The notes: a model not told the origin generated them from the sequence alone. A stretch of 64,000 nt of DNA from Mobula hypostoma (GCF_963921235.1 NC_086097.1:134542001-134606000), one strand, 5' to 3'. Positions 37,931 to 51,084 are shown, numbered from the stretch's first letter. Program-made: numbers and translations.

Positions 37931-40532
37931 TAATCCCTCCTTAAAGTTTTTCTCTTGTTCTGCCATTCAACTCAAATTTCTGGAAATAGCTACTTTTTAC
38001 AAAAAATTTGAAAGTGATAAGGAAAACTTCTGCCATAATCTCACTTCTTCTAAGTGTACTTTGAACTGTCCTTACATCCAAGTGTATAAATGATGGAAGT
38101 GAATGATACCATCCAAATGCATTATTTTGAACAAACCATCAGACAACTGATAACTATTATGATTTGGCTGAAACTGAATGAGGGTTTTAAGTTCCTAACA
38201 TAATATACAGCCTTATAATTCTGTTAGTGTGTCACACAGTTATTTTCATAGATGCACGTGATCACACATGAAAGACAGGTGGAGAAAACCTAGTTAAAAT
38301 GGGGCAGTTGTGAATTGAATGATATGACATTCATTCATTTTAATAGTTAGAGTTTTATTTTAACTAAATTCCACACACCCGCTCTTTATTCAATGAGAAA
38401 GAAAATAAAAATATGGAAGCATCATAACAACCCCATGACCCATTAACTGAACTCTGAAGCTATATATTAAAGCATGACATTAACAGCCCATAAAAGCAAA
38501 TTGAAAACTTTGTCAAGCAACTGGAAAGAATTTGTTAAGATCAAATCCAGCACGCAATAAAGATGATATTCTTCAGTACTATTTAATTCCTAAATTGATG
38601 GGAATATACAATAATTAATTAATCCTGAAGATTTTCATTGATTTATTTAGAACTTGGATAATTAGCTATGCTTAACTATTTCTGTAAACAGAGATGCACA
38701 TTTTGAGTAGATTATATTGCTGTATAGGAAGCAGGTATATTTTAGTCAATGAAAATTAAAACTGAGAGCATTTTAAACTTAATGAGTGTCATATCATTTC
38801 GCCTGATACTGGATTTGATTTCAACAAAATTCCATACATCTTGGCTGACGAAGTTTTCTGAAATGTTTCTAATGGCTTGGTACACTAAAAAGACACAAGA
38901 TGAAATGTGCGAAAGCCACCTTAAGCCACACTTCGAAGTAAGAAATGAAGAGACAGATCGAAGAACCAAATGTTGTGTGAATTGTTTTGCAGCCTCCGAG
39001 GCTGACTGGAACTTGCATGTCCAGAAATATAAACCTGAAAGCATCATGCTGTTGAAACAGATCATGTCAGCTGGACATCACTGCCCTTTACAACGAAAAC
39101 AAAAAACCCGCAAATGTTAAACCTGAAATGTGAACAATGCTTGGTCGAGAAGATTTTGAAACTCAATGAAGAGCCATGACTTTCCTGACATGAAGAGAAC
39201 AAAACAGGGGCTTGTAAATGTTACGGTAAACACAAAATGATTTTTCCTCATTCTGATTTATACAGCACATTCAGCCACACACCATTCAAGATGAAGAAAT
39301 CTAATGCCCAGTTTCCAGCCATGTTAGCATTTTATAAAATAACACAGACACATTATAACGGCAGCAATCTGCCAAAATGCTTTAATATCTTAAGAAGTAT
39401 CTTGACACTTCTCTTGCAGGCATTCAGCACTTTTGCTTTACAAATAGTAACATCAACGGTTACAATGTTTTTACTTCTAGCTCTACCTATCAAGATTCAT
39501 CATGTGCCCGATTGGAATTAATACAACAAGTTAAGAAATGAAAAAAGAACTTAAGTTCTGTTGTACCCTTTGCTGGCTGAGGTTGCTCTTAAGTCCATTT
39601 CACTGACCTTGGCCTTTGGCTCCTTCTTATAATCATCTCTCCTTGAATCGTGACTTGGCCAATTTCTTTTAGTTAAAAGCTGAAATCCACTTTCATTAGG
39701 ATAGGTAACTGAATATTATGTGAAAATTGAAGTAGTAACTCATCATCTCTTACATGAAGTTCATTTGATGTATTTGATGTCATAATTGCTCCTAATTTCT
39801 TCATTCTCTGGAAAACGGTCCAAATATTTCTTCTGCATTATTTCCCAAGGGTCTCCACATACCTATAGATATCCTAATTCCTAGAACCATATTATGATTG
39901 GAGACCATAATGTGTGGGAGTGCTCAGGGATTATGATGGTTGCTATAAATACCCTATTTCATTTGCCCATGCTATTTCTACCTTATATACTTTAGCAATA
40001 CATCATCATCTGGACATTATGATCATTACAAATATCCAACATCAGCTTACTTCTACAATATATACAAAACTTTGAAAGCATGTGAACAAGATTCAAAGGC
40101 AGCTTCTATCCCATATCAGACACTTGAATGAGCCTCTCATACACTAAAGTGAACCTTGTTCTCCCAGTCGAACTCATTGTGACCCGTGCACATTGGTTTT
40201 CCCTGCAGTCCTGCAACCTGTTCCGTTACCAGAGAATGCTGATTTCTCCCATTACTTTGCCGAATTTCTGGCACCTCACTTTTAATTTCAATTCACAGGA
40301 TCCTCACAAAAGCAACTTACTGAATCTTGCAATGAATTGAGAGATTATACCCATTAGGAAAGATTGATCAAGATCCATCTTTTGTCTATGAAAAAAAAAT
40401 CTGACACTGGGTAATCTAATAAAAGTTTAGGATTAAGATAAATGTTGAGAAGATGTTTCTATTATTGAGGAGTCCAAAAATGGGACTTTGTCACTAATAA
40501 GAGTTACTAATCGAGGTGGGGGGGCGGGCAGA

Positions 40533-41646
40533 ATAGAAACATAGAAAACCTACAGCACAATACAGGCCCTTCAGCCCACAAAGTTGTTCCAAACATGTCC
40601 CTACCTTAGAAATTACTAGGCTTACCTATAGCCCTCCATTTTTCTAAGCTCCATGTACCTATCCAAAAGTCTCTTAAAAGACCCTATCATATCCGCCTCC
40701 ACCACCGTTGCTGGCAGCCCATTCCATGCACTCACCATTCTCTGAGTAAAAAACTTACCCCTGGTGTCTCCTCTGTACCTACTTCCCAGCACCTAAAACC
40801 TGTGTCCTCTTGTGGCAACATTACCTCTCGGCTCCTAAATTCAATTCCACGATTGATGAAGGCCAATACACCGTACACCTTCTTAACGACAGAGTCAACC
40901 TACGTAGCAGCTTTGAGCATCCTATGGACTCGGACCCCAAGATCCCTCTGATCCTCCACACTGCCAAGAGTCTTACCATTAATACTATATTCTGCTACCA
41001 TAACTGACCTACCAAAATGAACCACTTCACACTTACCTGGGTTGAACTCCATCTGCCACTTCTCAACCCAGTTTTGCATCCTATCAATGTCCCGCTGTAA
41101 CCTCTGACAGCCCTCCACACTATCCACAACACCTCCAACCTTTGTGTCATCAGCAAACTTACTAATCCATCCCTCCATTTCCTCATCCAGGTCATTTATA
41201 AAAATCACGAAGAGTAAGGGTCCCAGAACAGATCCCTGAGGCATCCCACTGGTGACCAACCTCCATGCAGAATATGACCCGTCTACAACCACTCTTTGCG
41301 TTCTGTGGGCAAGCCAGTTCTGGATCCACAAAGCAATGTCCCCTTGGATCCCATGCCTCCTTACTTTCTCAATAAGCCTTGCATGGGGTACCTTATCAAA
41401 TGCCTTGCTGAAATCCATATACACTACATCTACTGCTCTTCCTTCATCAATGTGTTTAGTCACATCCTCAAAAAATTTAATCAGGCTCGTAAGGCACGAC
41501 CTGCCCTTGACAAAACCATACTGACTATTCCTAATCATATTATACCTCCTCAAATGTTCATAAATCCTGCCTCTCAGGATCTTCTCCATCAATTTACCAA
41601 CCACTGAGGTAAGACTCACTAGTCTATAACTTACTGGGCTATCTCT
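40533..41646 (-). mobile_element. CR1-type LINE, 5'-truncated, with an open 239-codon RT segment (40900-41619)
   Basis: SLTSVVGKLMEK...QYGFVKGRSC...YMDFSKAFDKVPH...PQGSVLGPLLFVIFINDL...SKFADDTK. (TTCTATGT)n tail. Internal deletions near 40815 and 40897. Confidence 0.95.
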
Positions 41647-42539
41647 ATGCTACTAAATGCAAGACAGGCATTTAGATATTTTAGATAGCAGCAATAGTAT
41701 TAATAATATTATATTTTATGATGTTAAATAATAATGATATATTATCATACAATATATAGTAAAAAAAACCAATTAAAAATAAAAAATTATAGACAAAGAT
41801 AAACAAATGTACAGAGAATGGAGGATATGGACCTTCTGGATTAGCTACTTGTATGTTTAATTACTCGTTTAATTAATTTGACACTAATTAGTTTGACCCT
41901 CATGGGACAAAGGGTTTGTTCCTGTGCTATACTGTTCTATGTTCCCTTTGGATATCAGGGAAAAAACTTGTTAAAAAGAACAGAAATGCCAGTCACGTAG
42001 AATCTGTGGAAAAGAGAAACCAGTTAACAGTTTAGGTCGAAGATCCTCCATCAGAACTTATTGCTCTCTTTATTAGAGTCTGGTTTAAAAGTAGAACAAC
42101 ATCCTAAACGTTTATCTGGCATCTTTAATGTAACAAAAGATTTCAAAGTACTTAACAAATGGAACATAAATAGAAAACAATTCTGAAGTCAAAAACTTAC
42201 GTGGAGAAGGTAGATTCAAGGAGCTTCTTAAAAAGTTAAAAACATAAAGAGACTGAAGTTTGCACAAGTAATTTTATAGCTTAAGATCCAGGAAGAATAA
42301 AGAAAGTAGATCTGCCAAAAGTGGAGCAATTAAAATCAAGGCTCAAACATGCAAGTGGGATTGGAACAGTAGAGATATCTGATGGAAGTATGAGGCAATA
42401 TTGGAGCAGTCACTGGTGTAGTCAGCAGATCCCAGACTGTAGATAAAGGAGGAGGGAATTACAATACAGAAAATAAAGTTCTGAGTGAACACAGATAGAT
42501 ATGGGTGTAGGAATGGATAGGCCAGGCAGGGTATTTATT

Positions 42540-42790
42540 TGTTGGGTACTTAATAATTTAGTAATATTTGAGAAATATTGAAAATACATAGTTTTAAATA
42601 AGGATTGTTTGCTGTTTATATAATGCATTGCTGATTATTTGTAAAAGTGCAAAAATGGCATATGTCATCACACCACTACATGATAGGTGTACACTTCACT
42701 TAAAGTAAAAAAACGAAGTTAGACTCACATTTCCAGCTTCTTTGTTTTCCTTTTAATTAGTTTTATGTTTTGGAGTTACAAAACATTACA
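42540..42790 (+). repeat. 5' LTR (TG...CA)
   Basis: Starts TGTTG, ends TTACA; collinear with 47142-47390. Confidence 0.85.
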
Positions 42791-43023
42791 GTGGAAATGA
42801 GGAAGTTTTAAACACACCCGAGATGACTACCAACCTACTGAAACACAGCAAGGTGTTCTAGTTTTTTTAAAAGCACAGTGATCAATGGCCAAATTAAAAA
42901 CAAGTCAGCCCTTTTCTTGCAAAAGGAAAGGCAATAGTGTTTTTAAAAAAAGGAAGAAAACAGAAGAATCCATGGGTACAGTGAGTACCAGGTGATAATA
43001 ATCACAAAACAAACTGAACAGAA

Positions 43024-44245
43024 ATGGCTGGCAACATCGGAAAGATTGATGCATTTGATTACACAACAGATAACCAGATATTGTATATGGAACGGACTGA
43101 GCAGTATTTTAAAGCAAATGGAATAGCCGATGAAAAACACGTACCAGTTTTGCTGAGTGCACTGGCTGGAAATGTATAGAGTTTGCTTAGAAGTTTAACT
43201 GCTCCTACCAAACCAACCGAAATGAGCTTTGCTGATATTGTGAAAGTACCACAGGAATATTTAGAACCAAAACCATTGTTGATTGCAGAACTACTTTAGG
43301 TTTCATAAGCAGAATCAAAAGGAAGGAGAGTTCATTTCGGTATACATGCCAAATTGAAGAGATTGAGAATTGTCAGTTTGATAATGGGCTTAATCATGCA
43401 CTGAGAGATCATTTATTTGTGGAATCTTACAAGAAAGCATTCTAAAACAACTCTTAACTGCAGCACGGCTCACATTTAAAAAAACACTTGAAATAACCAT
43501 ATCAATGGAAACAGCAAACAGAGACAGAATTGCGTTGCAATCTGGAATGAAAGTGAGTTTGAACAAAACTTCAACACCTAAGCAGAAACTGGGCTGACCG
43601 AACAAATTGCGTTACCGTTAGGGCTCACATACAGGTTTAAAAGCAAAGCTTACAGAAAATGCAACAAATCAGAACACATACAAAGAATATGTCGGGGAGA
43701 CAGAAATAAATGGACTGCACAGGGAAGAGAAAAGATAAGAAGTCAAGTTGCCATTTGAAAAAGAGCAAAAAGGTTATTGCATGCTGTTGATGAAAAATCA
43801 GATGATGAGAGTGACACGGGACTGCGTAGCCTTAAGATTTACGATTTGAAAACTAACAGAAGATAAACAATACGGCTTACACCAGAAGAGAATGACAAAT
43901 TAATTAAAACTGAATTGCACACTGGCTCAGCTGCTACTGTCATTCCACAAAATGAGTTTGAACAGCATTTCAAAGATACTGAACTGAAGCCTGCAGATAT
44001 CTAACTAAGAACTTGTACTAGAGAAAAGTTACTTCCAATAGGATAACATTTGTAACAGTGAAATACAACAACCAAAAAGTCACATTGGGCTTGTACATAA
44101 CAAAAACAAGAGGGCTAGCATTGTGGGGATGTGGTTGTCTAAAACAACTAAAAAATGACTGGAGATCTAGCCACCAGTTAAATGCATATCCCTTGCAATA
44201 GAGTCAACTGAAAGCGAATTAAGAAAGGTACTGTATGATGCCACG
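43024..44245 (+). pseudogene. Gypsy gag - zinc knuckle - aspartic protease remnant
   Basis: MAGNIGKIDAFD...YMERTEQYFKANGI...LLRSLTAPTKP...EPKPLLIAE...RFHKQNQKEGE; knuckle RKCNKSEHIQRIC; protease ELHTGSAATVI (decayed DTGS). Many stops and frameshifts. Confidence 0.85.
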
Positions 44246-45247
44246 AATGTCTCAAAGCAGTACACCATGAACCATTGTCTACAGAGGACAAATAGGTGTT
44301 GGTGCCACCCTCTGTGCCTCTGGTTGGAAAGCATATTGGACGAAGGAAGGACCATGTTGCTCAGAGGAATCGTGAAAGTGACAAAAGCAATGGTCTGACT
44401 TTAACAGTTTTTGTAAACAACACGTATGAGAAAGATAGGTTAATAAGACAGTTACTTGCAAAACATGGCTTGGTTTTAAGCTAAAAGAGAGTTCAAGAAG
44501 CTTCAGGACTTGGACTCACTTGTGTGAGTACAATATAAAGAACCAAAATCTACTGTGCATGCATTAAGGATATTGCATGAAGTTCAAATGGGAGACAAAA
44601 GTTGCTTGTAAAAGTAGATGCAAAGGACAAAGCCCAGATGGATGAATGGAAGGCCAAACAGAAAGGAGCCAATGAAGATATGAAAGCAGTAGATTTGTCA
44701 GATAATGTTATGGATGAGGAAACCAAGTGAAGAGATCAGATCATATGGGAACCAACAGAAGGATTAATAAGAGAATACTCCAGTGAATTAAATGCACACC
44801 CTAGAAAGGACAAAAAAGGAAAAGGAGGAGGAGAATGCTATGGAAATGGAAGGGGATAAATGAAACCTAATTTCTTAAGAAATTAGCAAATTCAGAGATA
44901 CTCACAAAAAACTAGAAAATAAAAGGAAAACGAGAAAAAGAAAGAAAAAAGGTTGAAGAGGAAAGAGGGGGTAGAAAGACTGTGAGTAGGACCATGATAG
45001 GGATCTAGAGCAGGATAAAGAGAGGAAGAAGCCAGGGCCAGGAGAGAAGCAAAGATTGAAGTAGATCCAGACAGAAAACCAGAGAAAGGGAGAAGAATGG
45101 TGTCCAGGCCTGTCAGAACCACTTCCTGCAGTCTCTTAGACAACTTGTACAACTATCAGGAAGTGGCCTCAGAACCTGAGATTGTTTTCACAGCCACAAG
45201 TCTGACCTGCCAAGCAGAGTGAACTCCCTTGTCAAGAAAGTCATTAC

Positions 45248-46970
45248 TGAATTGAATTCAATTGACTTTATTTCTTACATCCTTCACACACACGAGGAGT
45301 AAAAATCTTTACGTTGCATGTCCATTTAAATGTGCTATGTGCAATCATAGTAATTTATAATAATTTATAACAGAATAGTCAATGTAACATAGAATACACT
45401 CAAATCAGCGTGAGTTAATCAGTCCGATGGCCTGGTGGAAGAAGCTGTCCTGGAGCCTGTTGGTCCTGGCCTTTATGCTGCGGTTCCATTTCCCAGATGG
45501 TAGCAGCTGGAACAGTTTGTGGTTGGGGTGACTCGGGTCTCCAATGATCCTTCGGGCCCTTTTTACACACCTGTCTTTGTAAATGTCCTGAATCATGGGA
45601 AGTTCACAACTACAAATGCACTGGGCTGTCCGCACCACTCTCTGCAGAGCCCTGCGATTAAGGAAGGTATGGTTCCCATACCAGACAGTGATGCAGCCAG
45701 TCAGGACGCTCTCAATCGTGTCTCTGTAGAAAGTTCTTAGGATTTTGGGGCCCATACCAAACTCCCTCAACTGTCTGAGGTGAAAGAGGCACTGTTGTGC
45801 CTTTTTCACCACACAGCTGGTGTGTACAGACCCCGTGAGGTCCTTGGGTGATGTGGATGCCAAGGAACTTAAAAGTTGTTTACCCTCTCAACCCCAGATC
45901 CATTGATGGCAGTAGGGATTAGCCTGTCTCCATTCCTCCTGTAATCCACAACCAGCTCCTTTGTTTTCTTCAACATTGAGGGAGGGGTTGTTTCCTTGAC
46001 ACCACTGTGTCAGAGAGAGGACTTCTTCCCTGTAGGCCACCTCATTATTGTTTGAGATAAGGCCAATCAATGTAGTGTCATCGGCAAATTTAATTAGCAG
46101 ATTAGAGCTGTGAGTGGTAACACAGTCATGGGTATACAGGGAGTAAAGGAGGGGACTTAGTACAGAGCCCTGAGGGGCTCCTGTATTGAGAGTCAGAGGG
46201 TTGGGGGTGAGGGAGCCCACTCTTACCACCTGCCGGTGATCTGACAGGAAGTCCAGGATGCAGCTGCACAAGGCAGGGTCAAATCCGAGGTCTCTGAGCT
46301 TCTTGTCAAGCCTGGATGGAACTATGGTGTTGAATGCTGAACTGTAGTCCAAGAACAGCATTCTTACATAAGCATCCTTCTTCTCCTGTAAGGACAGCAT
46401 GTAGAGCAGTGGCTATTGCGTCATCTGTCAATCGGTTGTGTCGGTGGGCAAATTATAGGGTATCCAATTTGGGTGGTAGCAAGCTGCAGATGTAATCCTT
46501 GACCGGTCTCCCAAAGCATTTGCTTATTACTCAGGTGAGCGCGGCAGGACACCAGTCGTTCAGGCATGTTACCTGGGTCTTTTTTGGTACAGGGACAATG
46601 GTGGATAATTTAAAGCAGGAGGGCACTCTACACTGGGAGAGGGAGAGATCAAAAATGTCTGTAAACACACCTGCCAGTTGTGCTGCGCACATCCTGAGTA
46701 CTCGCCCTGGGATGCTGTCCAGTCCAGCAGCCCTGCGACTGTCCACTCCTTGAAACATCTGCGTACCTCAGCCTCAGAGATGACCAGGTTGCAGGTTGCA
46801 TTGGTGGCTTTCCTCGGAGGTTCAGAGTTAGCGACATCGAACCGAGCATAAAAGCCATTGAGCTTACCTAGGAGAGAGGTCGCGATGTTGGCGGCACCAC
46901 AGCGTTTGGCTTTGAAGTCTGCGATAGTATGTAGTCCTTGCCACAAGTCACATGTGCTATTTGTTGTGTC
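45248..46970 (-). mobile_element. Rex1/Babar LINE (RT to 3' tail) inserted in the Gypsy element
   Basis: ORFs [43 protein letters not shown]...PQGSVLSPLLYSLYTHDC...KFADD and KKAQQCLFHLR. (TTCAA)n tail at ~45248-45266. Confidence 0.95.
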
Positions 46971-47141
46971 ACAAGAGTAAGAAATCCTCCACAACAATTA
47001 AATCTTTAATCCTGGGTGGGGCAATTTAAAATTTGCTATGCTGTGGAAGTCCACATATAGTAGTTGTATTATATGATATACTGTGTATATAGTTGAATGC
47101 ATTCTATAGTGAGTTGGTGTTTACAGCTCAGCAGGAAGGAG

Positions 47142-47390
47142 CTTTGTATATTTAATATTGAAGTAATATTTGAGCAATATTGTAAATATATTGTTTGATT
47201 AAGCATTCTTTGTTGTGTACATAATGCAATGTGGGTCATCTGTAAAAGCACATAAGAGGCATATATCAACACACCACCAAGTGATAAGTGCACACCTCGC
47301 TTAAAGTAAAAAATGAAATTAGACTTGAATTTCCCACTCCCTTGTTTTCCTTTTAATTAGTTTTATGTTTTGGAGTTACAAGACATAATA
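47142..47390 (+). repeat. 3' LTR
   Basis: Collinear with LTR1, including an identical ~39-bp stretch ttgttttccttttaattagttttatgttttggagttaca. Confidence 0.85.
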
Positions 47391-49410
47391 GCAATGGTAT
47401 AGTTTGGAAATAACAGAGGATGGGATGCAGACTTCAGAAGAGATGCACTGTGACCAGGACAGAAATGGCCAATGCTACAAAACTGGGAATAAGCAGCACA
47501 GTGCCACAGCTCATCTTGGATTAACTATCACAAGGAGTAATTGAGGTGTTTTTAAAAAATAGGTTGGATCAACCTTCGGAGAAACAAATTGGAGGAAACA
47601 CAGAAAAGGGCTGGAAGAAGGCTCATGTAACACAAACAGTAGCACAGAAGTCGAGAGCAAGAGCCTGTTCTGTGTTCTTCTTCTTTCTAAACTTTTCTCA
47701 CCCTAATCCTCCAGCCTATCATCTCAATGCATCTCCTCCCCAATACCACATTCTCCCATCCCTAAATTAACTTTCACCAAAATTCACCTAGAAATATTCT
47801 ATGTGGAAACGTCAGATGCACCTTGCCCAATCATCTGATTTCCATCTGGGCACTGGCTTATTCAGTAAAAGGAAATGTCTTAACTTATTCAGTCAACATC
47901 CAATAGAGAGTTTTCCATCTTTTCACTGAAGCTCCCCCCTTCATCTAAGTATCATCAAATAACTGAATTACAACATACCCTACTTCATTATACCAAAGAA
48001 TATAATTTTAATTGACACGCTAAGAAACTAGTTGAGTTTCCCTTCATATTACAGATTATACTATTTAAAAACAACAACAACAAATAGCAATTGATCAAAT
48101 GAAAAGAACTATTTTAATGTTTTGTTTAGTATTGAGCAAGCTGAAACATTCATTATGTTGTATAGCATGTAACAACTACAACACAACAGATGACTTAAAA
48201 TTTACTTGGGAATACATTTTAAGATACTTCACAAAGCAACAAAAGACAACTTCACAATGAATCACATCAACAGGAGAAGTAAACACATGCTTGATCACTG
48301 TGGCTTTTGAGAAGCAATTTAAGAGGTTTATGAAGGCAACTGAAGACAAATACCATTGAAAGAGATCAATGAAATGAAAGCAAAAAAAAACAATAATCTT
48401 TCATTTATACATTTAATGGCAAGTAAACTGTATTATTCCATCTCCTAATTTCTAGAATGACTTTAAAAGGCACTCCTATAGAAGAACTGCAATGTCAGTG
48501 CTGATAGTTTAGGGAAGTGTTGCTAATCTATTTTATCAACTTGTATTTGAATCAGAAAAAAACTTACCACGTTCTGAAACTGTAACCCACTCATGGGAGA
48601 AAAAGCTTTGCCAGATTCAACAGGTTAATTGTTTTCCATTACATATGATAAACGAGTGGCTAAAGGTTCCAAAGTACACTCAGTGGCTGCTTTATTAGGT
48701 ACACAAGTAGAACCCTGTGTGGTCTGCTGTAGCCCATCCACTTCAAGGTTCAATGTATAGAGCATTCGGAGATGCTCTTCTGCACACCACTGTTGTAACA
48801 CGTGGTTATTTGAGTTACTATCGTCTTCCTGTCAACTTGAACCAGTCTGACCACTCTCCTCTGACCTCTCCTATTAAGAAAACAATGTTATCCACAAGAA
48901 CTGCTGCTCACTAAATGTTTTCTTGTGTTTTTCACACCAGTCTCTGTAAACTCTAGAGACTCATTTGCAAGAAAATCTCAGATCTGCAGTTTCTCAGATA
49001 CTCAAACCACCCCACCAAGCACCAACAATCATTACACAAAATCACTTAGATTATGTTTCTTCCCCTTTCTGATATATGGTCTGAACTAAAACTGAACCTC
49101 TTGATCATGTCTGCATGTTTTTACATATTGAGTTGCTGTCACATGATTAGCTGATTAGATATTTGCATTATTGAGGTGTGTTGTGACTGTGATCAAGGTC
49201 ACCAGAGGAACACTGGAGTTGTGGATATTAAAGTCTTTATTCATCACAACAAGCAGCTACTCAAGTCGAGGCACTCATGGTAGTCTCCCAATTTCAAAGT
49301 ACTTCACATTCTTATACCCTCAAGATCAACAGGTGATTGAATAGTTTCAAAAGTTAAAATGACATGCTTATTTGACAAACATGAGGAAACCTGCAGATGC
49401 TGGAAACTCT

Positions 49411-49659
49411 GGTGAGACCTGACGCGGACTGGGAGACCGTTTCGCTGAACACCTACGCTCTGTCCGCCAAAGGAAGCAGGATCTTCCAGTGGCCACATAT
49501 TTTAATTCCACGTCCCATTCCCATTCTGATACGTCTATCCATGACCTCCTCTACTGTCAAGATAAAGCCACACTCAGGTTGGAGGAACAACACCTTATAT
49601 TCCGTCTGGGTAGCCTCCAACCTGATGGCATGAACATTGACTTCTCTAACTTCCGTTAA
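49411..49659 (+). pseudogene. GIY-YIG endonuclease C-terminal part (Penelope-like)
   Basis: GET*RGLGDRFAEHLRSVRQRKQDLPVATYFNSTSHSHSD...LRLEEQHLIFRLGSLQPDGMNIDFSNFR*. Confidence 0.9.
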
Positions 49660-49992
49660 TGCCCCTCCTCCCTTCTTACCCCATCCCTTATTTATTTGTT
49701 TGTTTGTTTATTTATTTATTTATTTCCCCCTTTTTTCCCTCTCTCTTTTTTTCTCTCTCTGTCCCTCTCACTATAACTCATTGCCTGCTCTCCATCTTCC
49801 TCTGGTGCTCCCCTCCCCCTTTCTTTCTCCCTAGGCCTCCCGTCCCATTATCCTCTCCCTTCTCCAGCCTCGTATCCCTTTTGCCAATCAACTTTCCAGC
49901 TCTTAGCTCCATCCCTCTCCCTCCTGTCTTCTCCTAACATTTTGGATCTCCCCCTCCCACTTTCAAATCTCTTACTATCTCTTCTTTCAGTT

Positions 49993-50028
49993 AGTCCTGA
50001 TGAAGGGTCTCAGCCCAAAACGTCCATT
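49993..50028 (+). ncRNA. Decayed minimal type I hammerhead ribozyme motif
   Basis: AGTC CTGATGA A GGG TCTCAG CCC AAAA CGTC CATT. CUGAUGA box, stem II and the GUC cleavage triplet are intact; the GAAA box has G>A and stem I is damaged. Confidence 0.75.
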
Positions 50029-51084
50029 GTGTTTCTTCCTATGGATTCTGTCTGTGTTCCACCAGCATTTTGTGTGTGATGCTTATTTGGGTTGACAATG
50101 CTTCCTTTGAATTCCATATCTACAGTGGACGACACTTCTGAATGTTCAAATACCTGAGACAAAGCTAATTGAAACTTCACTGAATTTGCACAATATTCAT
50201 AATGTTACAATGCTGCAAATTCCCTAAACCCATAGTTGATGCAGGAAAATTAATACAAACCCATTGTCTTAACATTTGGATGATATATATGCAAACGTGA
50301 TTCATGGTCACCATTTTGCAAAGGCGTGCTTTTAACTTCAATTTACTGCTTGCAATTTAAAACCTACATTAAGAATTGAAGACTGGTTCTTTCTTGAATT
50401 AATATGTGCTATATTCACGCAACTCCAGAATACTCCCGAAGACTGTACCTAATAAAGTGGCCATTGAGTCTATTTAGATGAAGGGATGTGTCAGGATAAT
50501 AGCAAAAGAGCAGCATATGGTAATGAATATAAGGTGGAATTACTGCCACGTCATTGACTCCTAGATCTCTGTTATTTACTAAGATTAAGAAAGTATCAGA
50601 CATAGGACATTCATTATATTTTTTGAGTTTTTTTTAATGTAAGGTCAGTATGCTAAATAATCATCTGCCAAATTGATATTGGTAAGGCATCGGAGAATAT
50701 CTTTGACCTGAAGCAGGATCTGTTGTTTTGACGAAGTTTCACATACAATAAATCTACACACATGAAGTATTGAAGACAAACCAAGAGATGCAGATTTCAT
50801 TCATAATCTCAGACGGTACCCAAGAATTCTACGGTTATAACTTTTGATAAAAACTAAATCCCTGCAAATTTAACAGTTTGAGAACATCAATTTTAATTGG
50901 ATCAAGATGTCTGCTCTCATCTAGACTCACATTGCCCTGACCCTTCTTCAAGCTATCATGATTTATCCAAGTAACAAACACTTCAGAGATTGAGAGTCCA
51001 ACACAACACTGTCTTTTCATAAAATAGATTCGACTTTAAAAATCAACACCCTGAATTCACTATGAATTAGTGATGCTATTTTTA

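Larger units (their letters stand above)
42540..47390 (+). mobile_element. Decayed Ty3/Gypsy LTR retrotransposon with both LTRs
   Basis: Direct repeats of ~250 bp at 42540-42790 and ~47142-47390. PBS-like GTGG follows LTR1, and a purine tract AGCAGGAAGGAG precedes LTR2. gag/protease remnants and an integrase-tail remnant lie inside. Confidence 0.85.
49375..50078 (+). mobile_element. 5'-truncated Penelope-like element with 11-bp TSD
   Basis: ATGCTTATTTG repeated at 49364-49374 and 50079-50089. Short inverted terminal piece ctgcagatgctggaaa at the 5' junction, then GIY-YIG coding remnant, pyrimidine-rich UTR and terminal repeat. Confidence 0.9.
49179..50441 (-). mobile_element. Insertion resembling a solo LTR (~550 bp excluding the Penelope copy)
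   Basis: Minus strand ends AATAAA...CACAACA at 49179 and separates the right TIR from the body of the Tc1-type element. No clear TSD. Confidence 0.4.
48677..50470. mobile_element. Non-autonomous Tc1/mariner-type element carrying nested insertions
   Basis: TA flanks at 48675-48676 and 50471-50472. TIRs CACTCAGTGGCTGCTTTATTAGGTACA / TGTACCTAATAAAGTGGCCATTGAGTC. Confidence 0.85.

Noticed and set aside
38749..39120. 123-aa plus ORF with an overlapping 107-aa minus ORF in unique sequence
   Set aside because: No recognisable domain, no convincing splice sites, and the composition is typical of chance ORFs in AT-rich DNA.
39566..39680. Minus-strand frame LLTKRNWPSHDSRRDDYKKEPKAKVSENGLKSNLSQQR
   Set aside because: Protein-like but with a poor donor site and no identifiable homology.
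40900..41619. 239-aa RT ORF as a functional or domesticated gene
   Set aside because: It is a 5'-truncated CR1 fragment with internal deletions and no endonuclease; the open frame reflects youth, not evident function.
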